Shown here one piece after another: positions 9,143 to 17,305 of a stretch of 64,000 nt of DNA. Positions within the stretch are counted from its first letter, which is position 1. The number at the start of each line of letters is the position of its first letter. The notes beneath the pieces were generated by a model that did not search any database, had not been told where the DNA came from, and saw nothing but the letters and a program-made list of their open reading frames with translations. The translations under genes and the position numbers were made by a program. Source of the DNA: a candidate division CSSED10-310 bacterium (lineage in GTDB: Bacteria; CSSED10-310); NCBI GenBank assembly GCA_003558985.1, contig PWNJ01000139.1, positions 1,244 to 65,243 of the forward strand, given 5' to 3'.

Positions 9143-10405
9143 TTACCTCACTTCAACCCAGCCAACTGTATCAATGCCGAACAGCACTGCCAGCAGCGTC
9201 AGAATAACCATTGCCAAAAGGAATGAAAGTTTTCCGTAATCTTGTGCTTTCAGCGTACCCAGCAACATGGGTTCACGAGATAGATAAGCGCTGGCCGCAT
9301 ATAATTCTTCACCTATCAAGGTGTAATCACAGGCAGTAATAAAAAATGGCAACTGCGCGACAGAATCCGTGCCAGCAATCTGAACAGCTCCTGTACTGGC
9401 GCCGGTTTCTGCCATAATCAGTGACTCAGCCCAGAAGTATCCCAGTAAAAATATGGTTGCCGGCTTTTCCCGGACCATAATTCCATCAACCCCGGCCGCA
9501 AAAGCAAACTGGTCAGGAACCAGATAAAACACACTATCCGGATCATACGCATCGGGACGACCTTCAGAAGCATACGTCTCCTTTACAATTTCCCGGGCTA
9601 TCGTATAAACTATTGGATCCCTGTTTGGACAAATAATCTTGACATCATAATGAACTGTTCGGCGAGCAACCTCCCCAAGAATGTTTAGCGCTGCCAGTGT
9701 TCCGACATCTTCAATCCCTGAAAGACCTGGAACATAAAGAACAGGTTTACCCATCTCAGTCGCACGACCAATGGCATCCTCAACTGCTGTTAAGCCGGAT
9801 ATCCTTCTCACAAATAATTCAACACCGCGTCGCGCTGCCTGAATAAACCAGAGGAGGAAGAACACGAAAATCATGATGGCAATAAGTACCGGAACCTCAC
9901 CAAGTTTTAACCAATGATCCAATGGCGCTACCGGATCCGTTGGTTCGGACCTCGCTACACCTTCCGGATAAATCGCTGAAACCCGAAATCTGTACAAAAC
10001 ACGGTTCGTTAACTGCGAAACCCGGTACTGTGTCATAACTGTTTCCGTTACTTCATGCCACAAACCATCTGGACCCGAAATTTCCAACAAATAACGTGTT
10101 GGAGTTTTTTCAGGCGGAGGTTCCCAAACGACCATAATCGCTTCACCGTCATCATGTGGAACATCAAATGCGGTAACATTCTGAGGTGGCATCAATTTTG
10201 AGTCTGCCACCGGTTCAGTCTCAGTTGCACTTAGAGCATCCTCGGACATTTCCACGAAAACTTCTGTCTCATTAACAAAAGGTTCCATGCCCGTATCATC
10301 ATGCACTCCAGCGTTTGTATCTGGAAACATCTGATCTTCTGGAAGCTCCTGTACAGCAAAAACCGGGACTGCTGCCAAGATAAAAATCAAAAAACAGTAT
10401 TTCAT
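9143..10405 (-). CDS. Signal peptide / FN3 ectodomain / TM / ~215-aa soluble domain / C-terminal TM protein, unknown family
   Basis: I trimmed the start to the ATG (MKYCFLIFILAAVPVFAVQ, signal-peptide-like), which is preceded by GGGAGA; the track start at 10420 is TTG. The fibronectin type III pattern is PPQNVTAFDV...IMVVWEPPPE...YLLEISG...YRFRVSAIYPEGVARSEP. TM helices are VPVLIAIMIFVFFLLWFIQAA and LSFLLAMVILTLLAVLFGI. Confidence 0.75.
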   Translation of the reverse strand: MKYCFLIFILAAVPVFAVQELPEDQMFPDTNAGVHDDTGMEPFVNETEVFVEMSEDALSATETEPVADSKLMPPQNVTAFDVPHDDGEAIMVVWEPPPEKTPTRYLLEISGPDGLWHEVTETVMTQYRVSQLTNRVLYRFRVSAIYPEGVARSEPTDPVAPLDHWLKLGEVPVLIAIMIFVFFLLWFIQAARRGVELFVRRISGLTAVEDAIGRATEMGKPVLYVPGLSGIEDVGTLAALNILGEVARRTVHYDVKIICPNRDPIVYTIAREIVKETYASEGRPDAYDPDSVFYLVPDQFAFAAGVDGIMVREKPATIFLLGYFWAESLIMAETGASTGAVQIAGTDSVAQLPFFITACDYTLIGEELYAASAYLSREPMLLGTLKAQDYGKLSFLLAMVILTLLAVLFGIDTVGWVEVR

Positions 10406-10624
10406 AAAAATGTCTCCCAATTGGTCGCATCTGCCAATGCGAAGGAATGCATAGTAACCAAATCATTCAGTACCTTCAACCTTCTTCGTCAGATAATTTG
10501 CGTATACTGACCTTCGCGACCTGTTTTTCATGTTTCATTTGAAATCAAGCTCCCAAATCTGTAATACTAACGCAGGCACAAGGTAACCCAAAAGCCCCTG
10601 AAAAAAAAAGGTAACATATTATTA

Positions 10625-11962
10625 ATGGAAAACAATCTGCCAAAACTGAATAAACAAAAACCGGTATGGAACGGTCAAATGTTTTTCGATATGGAACCCA
10701 TAATTCGCTCCATGCAAAAAATTATTTTGCGCCAAACAACTCGCATACCTGCGGATAATCACATAAACATCCGTTTCATCAAAGAATTTGAATACTCATC
10801 CAACTGGGCCGAAATAATGACCTCGTGGCTAAGCAATGACTCCAGGTTTTTTCGCATTCCGCATGGAAAACTGCCTGTCCATCATAACCCGGAAGCCATC
10901 AGGGATTTATATAAAATCGAAAATCAACTTGCGTCTGCTCCATTTTCACAATTAAACGGATTTGAATGCAGGAAAATCGTCGAACGTATGAAGCATTTTA
11001 AAGTTACGGATATTGATGATTCGCTTCTGGATGCAATATATGATGCTGGCAACTGGGTTATTTCTGAATCAATTACTGAAGAAAACTGCCGTCGAGAGCT
11101 CGAAATGACTCAAGACTCAATTCAACGTGCTGAATTATTCATGATAATGGGAAATGATGTCCAGGCATATCGGGAGTTCGTTAATATTACTCCGGAGGAA
11201 AGCAGCAACCCTGAGAATGCTTTGGCTTTGGTAAATCTTGTAGAACGCTATGAAAGTCCAAAATCTGCGATCAGAATTCTGCGCAAATGGTTTCTGCTGG
11301 AAATTATACTGCATCCACTCCCATTTGATCTTGTTTTTGATCTGCTGACAGACAGAAAAAAGGTGGAATCTTCACCTAGAACACGCTATTTGCAATCGCT
11401 ATTACTGCAATCCGAAACAATGTCTCCAAAAGATTTATACAATCAACTATTACTGGTAATTCCGTCAAACACATTGATAAAACCGAACTTGCAGGATGTG
11501 GACCGAAGACTCAAATCCTTTGGATTGAGCCTTGAAAGTATGGATCTTGTCCTGGACGAAAATGAATCAGTAAATATTTGTGCTTTGCTTGGTGGAGTAA
11601 CAGATCAATTGCTGCACCTTTCTGATTTGGCGCATCGGGCCAAAAAAGAAAAACTGGCGGTCAAAGCATTGGAAAGAGCTATCCTGTCCTGTTTTGTCCT
11701 TATTAATCTGCCAGAAAATCTGACTGCCTGTTCGGATGCTCTGGAAAGTTGTACTAAGCATATGATCATCAATGATTACCTAAATGACTTTCATGATTTA
11801 ATGGAAGAGTTTTTTGATGATTCGGCAATAAGCTGTAATCATCACTTGATTGAAAAACAAATTGCTGCTCTGGGTAAGCTGGCCAGACATAAAGTGACGG
11901 ATTATTATCAGGAGGAATCAGATGGAATGCCCGGTATGCCGAGAAAGCATGGTTATAATTGA
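10625..11962 (+). CDS. Hypothetical, predicted all-helical cytoplasmic protein; no family recognised
   Basis: Long ORF with no competing ORF. AAGG lies 9 nt upstream of the ATG. It overlaps the next gene by 41 nt. No TM segment or catalytic motif was seen. Confidence 0.6.
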   Translation: MENNLPKLNKQKPVWNGQMFFDMEPIIRSMQKIILRQTTRIPADNHINIRFIKEFEYSSNWAEIMTSWLSNDSRFFRIPHGKLPVHHNPEAIRDLYKIENQLASAPFSQLNGFECRKIVERMKHFKVTDIDDSLLDAIYDAGNWVISESITEENCRRELEMTQDSIQRAELFMIMGNDVQAYREFVNITPEESSNPENALALVNLVERYESPKSAIRILRKWFLLEIILHPLPFDLVFDLLTDRKKVESSPRTRYLQSLLLQSETMSPKDLYNQLLLVIPSNTLIKPNLQDVDRRLKSFGLSLESMDLVLDENESVNICALLGGVTDQLLHLSDLAHRAKKEKLAVKALERAILSCFVLINLPENLTACSDALESCTKHMIINDYLNDFHDLMEEFFDDSAISCNHHLIEKQIAALGKLARHKVTDYYQEESDGMPGMPRKHGYN

Positions 11963-12329
11963 GTATGAATCAATAGAACTGGATTACTGTGTGGGATGTA
12001 TGGGAATCTGGTTTGATAGTGGTGAAGTTGAATTGCTTCTTGAAAAAGCTGGAGTTTCGGTTCCATCGGATGCATTGAAACTTGTAGATGCAAGTTCTGA
12101 ATTGCGAGAGCTTTCCAGGCCATGCCCGTTGTGCAGAAAAAATATGCGAAAAGTTTCACCGCCTGAAACCGGTATAATACTTGATCAGTGCCCTGACAAT
12201 GAGGGCTTGTGGTTTGACGCAGGTGAAGTCGGTGAAACTGTGAAACAAATGGCTGGCGCCAGCAGCAACATTGTGATTCAAGTTCTACAAGATTTTCTGG
12301 GAAAAGCCGTTTCTTCAAATAATGAATAA
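11922..12329 (+). CDS. Double TFIIB-type zinc-ribbon protein
   Basis: There are two copies of the pattern CPxC...(D/Q)xC...G(I/L)WFDxGEV: CPVCRESM...DYCVGCMGIWFDSGEVELL and CPLCRKNM...DQCPDNEGLWFDAGEVGE. From memory this matches the Pfam zf-TFIIB (PF13453) family. Confidence 0.7.
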   Translation: MECPVCRESMVIIEYESIELDYCVGCMGIWFDSGEVELLLEKAGVSVPSDALKLVDASSELRELSRPCPLCRKNMRKVSPPETGIILDQCPDNEGLWFDAGEVGETVKQMAGASSNIVIQVLQDFLGKAVSSNNE

Positions 12330-12403
12330 ATCTGTTGTTTATTTTTTCAACAATGAATATATTTCAAAAACGAATCGTAGATTGGACAATGGAGGGTTAA
12401 ACA

Positions 12404-12967
12404 ATGACAGCTTTAACGGTTTTATTGCTTATGTTGATCATCGCCGCGATTCTGGTTTTCTGGGTTTTCAGTCTGTACAACGGACTGGTTAGATTACGAA
12501 ACGCAGTTAAAAATGCATGGTCACAAATTGATGTTCAACTGAAAAGACGACACGACCTGATTCCAAATCTGGTAGAAACTGTAAAAGGATTCGCTTCTCA
12601 CGAAAAAGATACGCTTGAACGCGTTATCTCTGCCCGCAATTTCGCTATGAAAGCATCCGGCCCAGCCGAAGCTGGAAAAGCTGAAGGCGCTCTGTCCGGA
12701 GCTCTGAAATCCCTGTTCGCAGTCTCTGAAGCATATCCTGATCTCAAAGCCAATCAGAATTTTCTGGCGCTGCAGGAAGAACTGACATCAACCGAAAATA
12801 AAATCGCTTTTTCTCGACAGGCCTACAACGATTCAGTAATGCGATATAACAACAAAACAGAAGTCGTGCCATCCAATATCATAGCCGGTATGTTTGGGTT
12901 TAAAGCAGCAGAATTTTTTGAGATTGAACTTCCCGAAGAAAGGGCAGTTCCCAAAGTCAGTTTCTAA
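12404..12967 (+). CDS. lemA: LemA family membrane protein
   Basis: N-terminal TM helix followed by [50 protein letters not shown], the characteristic LemA core. GGAGGG lies upstream. Confidence 0.88.
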   Translation: MTALTVLLLMLIIAAILVFWVFSLYNGLVRLRNAVKNAWSQIDVQLKRRHDLIPNLVETVKGFASHEKDTLERVISARNFAMKASGPAEAGKAEGALSGALKSLFAVSEAYPDLKANQNFLALQEELTSTENKIAFSRQAYNDSVMRYNNKTEVVPSNIIAGMFGFKAAEFFEIELPEERAVPKVSF

Positions 12968-13001
12968 CGCGCAGATTCGGTCTTTTTCAAGGAGCTGACT
13001 T

Positions 13002-14288
13002 GTGTGGGAGATAATCCAAAGCAATAAACGAAAATCATTGTTGCTCGTTTTTCTGATGGCAGCACTGCTGATGCTCATCGGCTCCACATTTGGAGAGTAT
13101 TTCGCCGGTTCCTATCTTACAGGACTTTTTATAGCATTTATCATATGGATCATATTAAGCCTGGTTGCCTATTTTCAGGGGAAAAACATCTTTTTAAGTA
13201 TTTCCGGAGCTAAAAAAATCAGCAAGGATGATCATCCTCGATTGTTTAATATTGTTGAAGAAATGAAAATAGCTTCTGCCCTGCCGGCTATGCCCGATGT
13301 TTATATCATCGACGATCCGGCTCCAAATGCATTCGCTGTCGGACGCACCCCCGAAGACGCCGCCGTGGCAGTCACCACAGGATTGTTAAACGTTCTTAAC
13401 AGAGATGAATTGCAAGGCGTTGTTGCCCACGAAATCGGCCACATTGTCAACCGTGACACAATGTTCATGTCCATGCTTGCAATAATGCTTGGAACTATCG
13501 TAATGCTCGCAGAAATTGCCCGGCGTTCCCTGTTTTTTGGCGGTGGAAGAAGACGGTCCAGATCCTCATCACGGGGGGGTGGAGGTCAAGCTCAGATTGT
13601 AATTCTTGTTGTTGGATTGCTGTTAATGATATTGGCTCCACTGCTTGCACGACTAATTTACCTCGCTGCTTCCCGAAAAAGAGAATACCTGGCAGATGCC
13701 TCAGCAGCCGTGTTTACTCGTTATCCGGAAGGTCTGGCAAGCGCTCTTGAAAAAATCTCGGTCTCACCAGTCAAAATGCGAAAAGTCAATCAGGCAACTG
13801 CACCCATGTTTATTATTAATCCCATGCAAAAACTCCATGAAAGCAAAGATTCGCTTTTCAGCACACATCCAGCCTCCAAAAATAGAATCGGTATTCTGCG
13901 TGCAATGGCTGGCGGTAGCAGCTACCTGAACTACAATCAAGCCTATCAATCGGTAACAACTGATAAACACTCCCTGATTCCCAAATCTGTTTTGAAATCT
14001 CCGCCTGCCATGGATGAAAAAAAGAAAACCGCCGAAAAGAGTCAACCCGATATGACCCAAATGATTACAAGAACAGTTATGACCGGAGCGATTATATCTG
14101 ACTCAGCTAAACCCAATGAACCGGAAAACCATGTCGAACGCGTTCGGGAAACCAATGATGCATTATGGAAGTCACAAGGTTATAGATTTATTGACTGCAA
14201 TTGCGGCGCAAAATTAAAGGTTCCACCGGACTACAAACGACAAAATGTCGTCTGTTTACGATGTCATGAATCCCATTCGATAAAATGA
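13002..14288 (+). CDS. HtpX-like M48 zinc metallopeptidase with a ~140-aa C-terminal extension ending in a zinc ribbon
   Basis: HEIGHIVNRD (HExxH), a downstream REYLADASAA (third-ligand Glu region), four hydrophobic helices, a Gly/Arg/Ser linker, and a C-terminal CNCGAKLKVPP...CLRCH. GTG start. Confidence 0.85.
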   Translation: MWEIIQSNKRKSLLLVFLMAALLMLIGSTFGEYFAGSYLTGLFIAFIIWIILSLVAYFQGKNIFLSISGAKKISKDDHPRLFNIVEEMKIASALPAMPDVYIIDDPAPNAFAVGRTPEDAAVAVTTGLLNVLNRDELQGVVAHEIGHIVNRDTMFMSMLAIMLGTIVMLAEIARRSLFFGGGRRRSRSSSRGGGGQAQIVILVVGLLLMILAPLLARLIYLAASRKREYLADASAAVFTRYPEGLASALEKISVSPVKMRKVNQATAPMFIINPMQKLHESKDSLFSTHPASKNRIGILRAMAGGSSYLNYNQAYQSVTTDKHSLIPKSVLKSPPAMDEKKKTAEKSQPDMTQMITRTVMTGAIISDSAKPNEPENHVERVRETNDALWKSQGYRFIDCNCGAKLKVPPDYKRQNVVCLRCHESHSIK

Positions 14289-14299
14289 CAATAAGGCTG

Positions 14300-15697
14300 C
14301 TACTGAATATAACCCAACGCCTGCAATCGATTTAACAATAAATCGTCTTCTTCATTAAATGTATCGGAGACTGACTCTGAAATCATATAGTGATCTGATT
14401 CATATGATGAAATACGTTGAATGGGACGCTCAGATGTATAATCAACATTAAAAAAATCAAGTCGGGGACCAGCAGCAAAATCATCTGCAACCGGTAAACC
14501 CAGCAAATACAAAATCGTCGGCAAAATTTCTGTAACATGAACATTGCTGATTTTTTTTCCTTCAACAACCTCTGGACCCGCAATTACAAACACTCCATCC
14601 GGTTTGTCTGAATGCTGTCCAGTCGGTGCGGTATAAACCAGATTAACCGAAAACGGATCTGTATCAAATGAAGGTCCCGGAGGAATTTCCGGAGCTTTTG
14701 CGGGGTCCCTCTGATCAAGCGGCGTGTCTTCTGCAAGTATCAGAAACTTCTGTGGTTCTTCCGCATCTTCCATTCCATGATCTGAACAAATTATCACATA
14801 AGTTTCTGAAGATATTGAATCCAGTAATTTTCCCAGAAAATCATCATACAGTCTGCACCATTCCATAAGCAGATGTGAGAAATCTGGCAATTCGGAATTA
14901 TCCGGACTGGTCAGAAATCTGAAAAAATTGTGACCCAAAGCGTCCAGAGAGTAAAAATAAACTGCAGATAGTGATCGCTGTTGCTGATGAAACAGGTGGC
15001 GTGCAATATTCTTGAACTGCACATCCAGTTGATATTCACGCAAAAGCACCATTAATTTCCATTGCCACTCGGGTTCCAGTTGTTCATATCTGAATCGATC
15101 AATACCTGTAAGGTTTTCAATATCTTTTAATGTAAATGTTTCCTGGAGCATGTCGACCTGAACAGCCAACTCGGCAGGCCATGTCCGACGATCCCGCTGA
15201 CGCTGAAACGCGTAATCTGAAACCATTTCACCGTTAACAGTCTCAACAGGCCAGGTTACTGGCCAGCGAACAATGCTAACATCCAAACCTTCACCGCTTA
15301 CAATTCGCCACATAGGCTTGACCTTGGATGAATAGGAACTTAATGGTCGCATCTGTCCTGTTTCAGGATCTTTTTCAACCACTGCAGTAATACCATGATC
15401 ATCAGGCATTCTTCCGGTTGCTATTGTTGTCCAGACCACCGGTGTCAAAGTGGGCAAAATCGTTTCTAAAGGTCCGTGCGCTCCCTGTTCGATCAATGTT
15501 TGTAAACGAGGCATTTTCCCTTTTTGAATCGCTGGATAAAACAGATCCCAGGTGCCACCATCAAATCCGATAATCAAAACCCTGGGCGAAGCATCATCTA
15601 CAAACTCAGTGTTCCCAGTCGAATACCGATCATCGCAACCAATAGAAAACATAATAATCAGCGCCATGACAACTGTTACAATCTTTTGCATTCTCAA
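14300..15697 (-). CDS. Lipoprotein of the alkaline phosphatase / type I phosphodiesterase-nucleotide pyrophosphatase superfamily
   Basis: Lipobox-like MALIIMFSIGC. Metal-site motifs are LIIGFDGGTWD and ICSDHGME, plus GHNF. This is typical of the PF01663-type fold. Confidence 0.75.
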   Translation of the reverse strand: MRMQKIVTVVMALIIMFSIGCDDRYSTGNTEFVDDASPRVLIIGFDGGTWDLFYPAIQKGKMPRLQTLIEQGAHGPLETILPTLTPVVWTTIATGRMPDDHGITAVVEKDPETGQMRPLSSYSSKVKPMWRIVSGEGLDVSIVRWPVTWPVETVNGEMVSDYAFQRQRDRRTWPAELAVQVDMLQETFTLKDIENLTGIDRFRYEQLEPEWQWKLMVLLREYQLDVQFKNIARHLFHQQQRSLSAVYFYSLDALGHNFFRFLTSPDNSELPDFSHLLMEWCRLYDDFLGKLLDSISSETYVIICSDHGMEDAEEPQKFLILAEDTPLDQRDPAKAPEIPPGPSFDTDPFSVNLVYTAPTGQHSDKPDGVFVIAGPEVVEGKKISNVHVTEILPTILYLLGLPVADDFAAGPRLDFFNVDYTSERPIQRISSYESDHYMISESVSDTFNEEDDLLLNRLQALGYIQ

Positions 15698-15736
15698 ATA
15701 CCCTCCAATGCTGAATGCTAATGATCAACACTTTAA

Positions 15737-16540
15737 ATGTCAAAGTCAGGTATTGTTTTGAAATGCCCTTTATCGCATACTGATAACATGAACTGTTTAA
15801 CTTTTAGTCATCTGACAAAACGGGGTATCAAACACGCAATAACTACACGCAAATGTGGATACAGTATGCCTCCCTATCACTCATTAAACCTCGCTCTGAA
15901 CACCGGCGATAACCCGAGTAATGTCTTGAAAAACCGAAATATTGTCTGCAATAATTTTTCTGTTTTGCAAAGTCAGATGTGTTTAGCAAAGCAAATACAC
16001 GGCAATGATGCGATTTTAATAAATCAGAAAAACAAAGTTGCTATCGAGTCAACTGAAGCTGACGCTTTGATTACTAAAAACAAAGAGCTTCTTATCGGTG
16101 TCCTGGTCGCAGACTGTTATCCATTACTAATTGCTGATAAATCTGGTATGGTTATTGCTGCTGTTCATGCGGGACGGAAAGGTATTGAATCCGGCATTAT
16201 TCAACAAGTATTGTCAGTATTTAAGCAAAAATACCATATCAAAACCAGTGATCTTTTAGTAGGTGTTGGTCCCGGTATCAGTAAAACAGCATATCAGGTT
16301 GATAAAACAACCGCGGAGATTTTCCTGAAAAAAACTCGATATGCCAATTGGGATTTGACACAAAATTCAGTCACACTTGATTTGCGGGCCGCAATTCATA
16401 AAATACTGCATGATTGCGACGTGGATCATCGCAATATCGAAGATATTGAACTATGCACATATGCCAATCCCGATATGTTTTTTTCGTATCGCTACAACAA
16501 CGGACTAACGGGGCGTTTTGGGGCGTTTATTATGTTGTGA
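15737..16540 (+). CDS. pgeF: Peptidoglycan editing factor PgeF / YfiH (DUF152, laccase-domain protein)
   Basis: Motifs are HAITTRKCGYS..PYHSLNL, QIHGNDA, EADALIT, VADCYPLL and AAVHAGRKG. The true start may be the internal Met at about 15788. Confidence 0.85.
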   Translation: MSKSGIVLKCPLSHTDNMNCLTFSHLTKRGIKHAITTRKCGYSMPPYHSLNLALNTGDNPSNVLKNRNIVCNNFSVLQSQMCLAKQIHGNDAILINQKNKVAIESTEADALITKNKELLIGVLVADCYPLLIADKSGMVIAAVHAGRKGIESGIIQQVLSVFKQKYHIKTSDLLVGVGPGISKTAYQVDKTTAEIFLKKTRYANWDLTQNSVTLDLRAAIHKILHDCDVDHRNIEDIELCTYANPDMFFSYRYNNGLTGRFGAFIML

Positions 16541-16602
16541 CAACCCGTTTTTCAGGCGAATTCTCTCGGGTTGATTCAAATACAGGGCAGGGAGACGATT
16601 GG

Positions 16603-17289
16603 ATGAAATATCGGCTTTATGTAGTAGCAATCTTTTGTTTGATAACCGTGTCATCAGGTGAAAGCAATGATTCCAGAAACTGGGGAGGTAACTTTGGGGG
16701 AGCTTTCTGGCAACCCGGCTGGACTGCAGATCATAATGAATTTGACTCGTCATCAACAGGTCTTTTCGGTCCTTCATTGTTTTTTCACTACAATAATGCC
16801 GGGATCGGTATTCAATACTTTTCAGGTGATTTTAACCTGAATTTTACCGATTCTACTCAACCGATTACTGCTGCTCGAACCGACATGGATATATTTTTCA
16901 GCTATCGACTTGGTAATTTTCTACAGTTGTCCGCTATATACAAAAACATTAAATATGACTGGGATCAGAAATTCAGCGTAAAATCACATATAACCGGTTT
17001 TGGATTAGGTGCAGGATTCAACCATATCCTGCCCGAAAGATTTTTATTATACGGATATGGATTCTATTTGCCTGAACTTGATTATTCTCAAGAGATTTCC
17101 TGGGGAAATGATCTTGAAGGTTCCGCCAGAGGATATTGGCTTGAAGCAGGGGTCGGCTATCTTCCGACGTCTTTCCCAATCATAATCAGAGCTGGCTATC
17201 GGCATCAACACCTTTCAATTGATGTGACCCATAGAAGCTGGATAGAAAAAACCAGTGGATTACGGTTTGATATCAGTTACTATTTCTGA
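16603..17289 (+). CDS. Small outer-membrane beta-barrel protein
   Basis: I trimmed the start to ATG 16603 (MKYRLYVVAIFCLITVSSG signal peptide, GGAGA upstream); the track ORF ran into pgeF. It shows alternating aromatic/hydrophobic strands and a C-terminal ...RFDISYYF with terminal Phe. Confidence 0.7.
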   Translation: MKYRLYVVAIFCLITVSSGESNDSRNWGGNFGGAFWQPGWTADHNEFDSSSTGLFGPSLFFHYNNAGIGIQYFSGDFNLNFTDSTQPITAARTDMDIFFSYRLGNFLQLSAIYKNIKYDWDQKFSVKSHITGFGLGAGFNHILPERFLLYGYGFYLPELDYSQEISWGNDLEGSARGYWLEAGVGYLPTSFPIIIRAGYRHQHLSIDVTHRSWIEKTSGLRFDISYYF

Positions 17290-17305
17290 TTTGGTACGAA
17301 AATCC

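Noticed and set aside
10580-10615. An A9 tract (10601-10609) and an 8-bp direct repeat AAGGTAAC (10580-87 and 10608-15) upstream of the orphan gene at 10625.
   Set aside because: The second copy probably just contains the ribosome-binding site. The repeat is short enough to occur by chance, and I have no evidence of phase variation.
16453-16602. N-terminal extensions of track ORFs (16453, 22620, 24795, 36511, 58762, 60093, 60099, 7325, 10420, 49928, 38337).
   Set aside because: In each case an internal ATG with a Shine-Dalgarno sequence gives a signal peptide or the conserved family N-terminus and removes the overlap with the upstream gene. The extensions start at TTG or GTG, or run through promoter regions.
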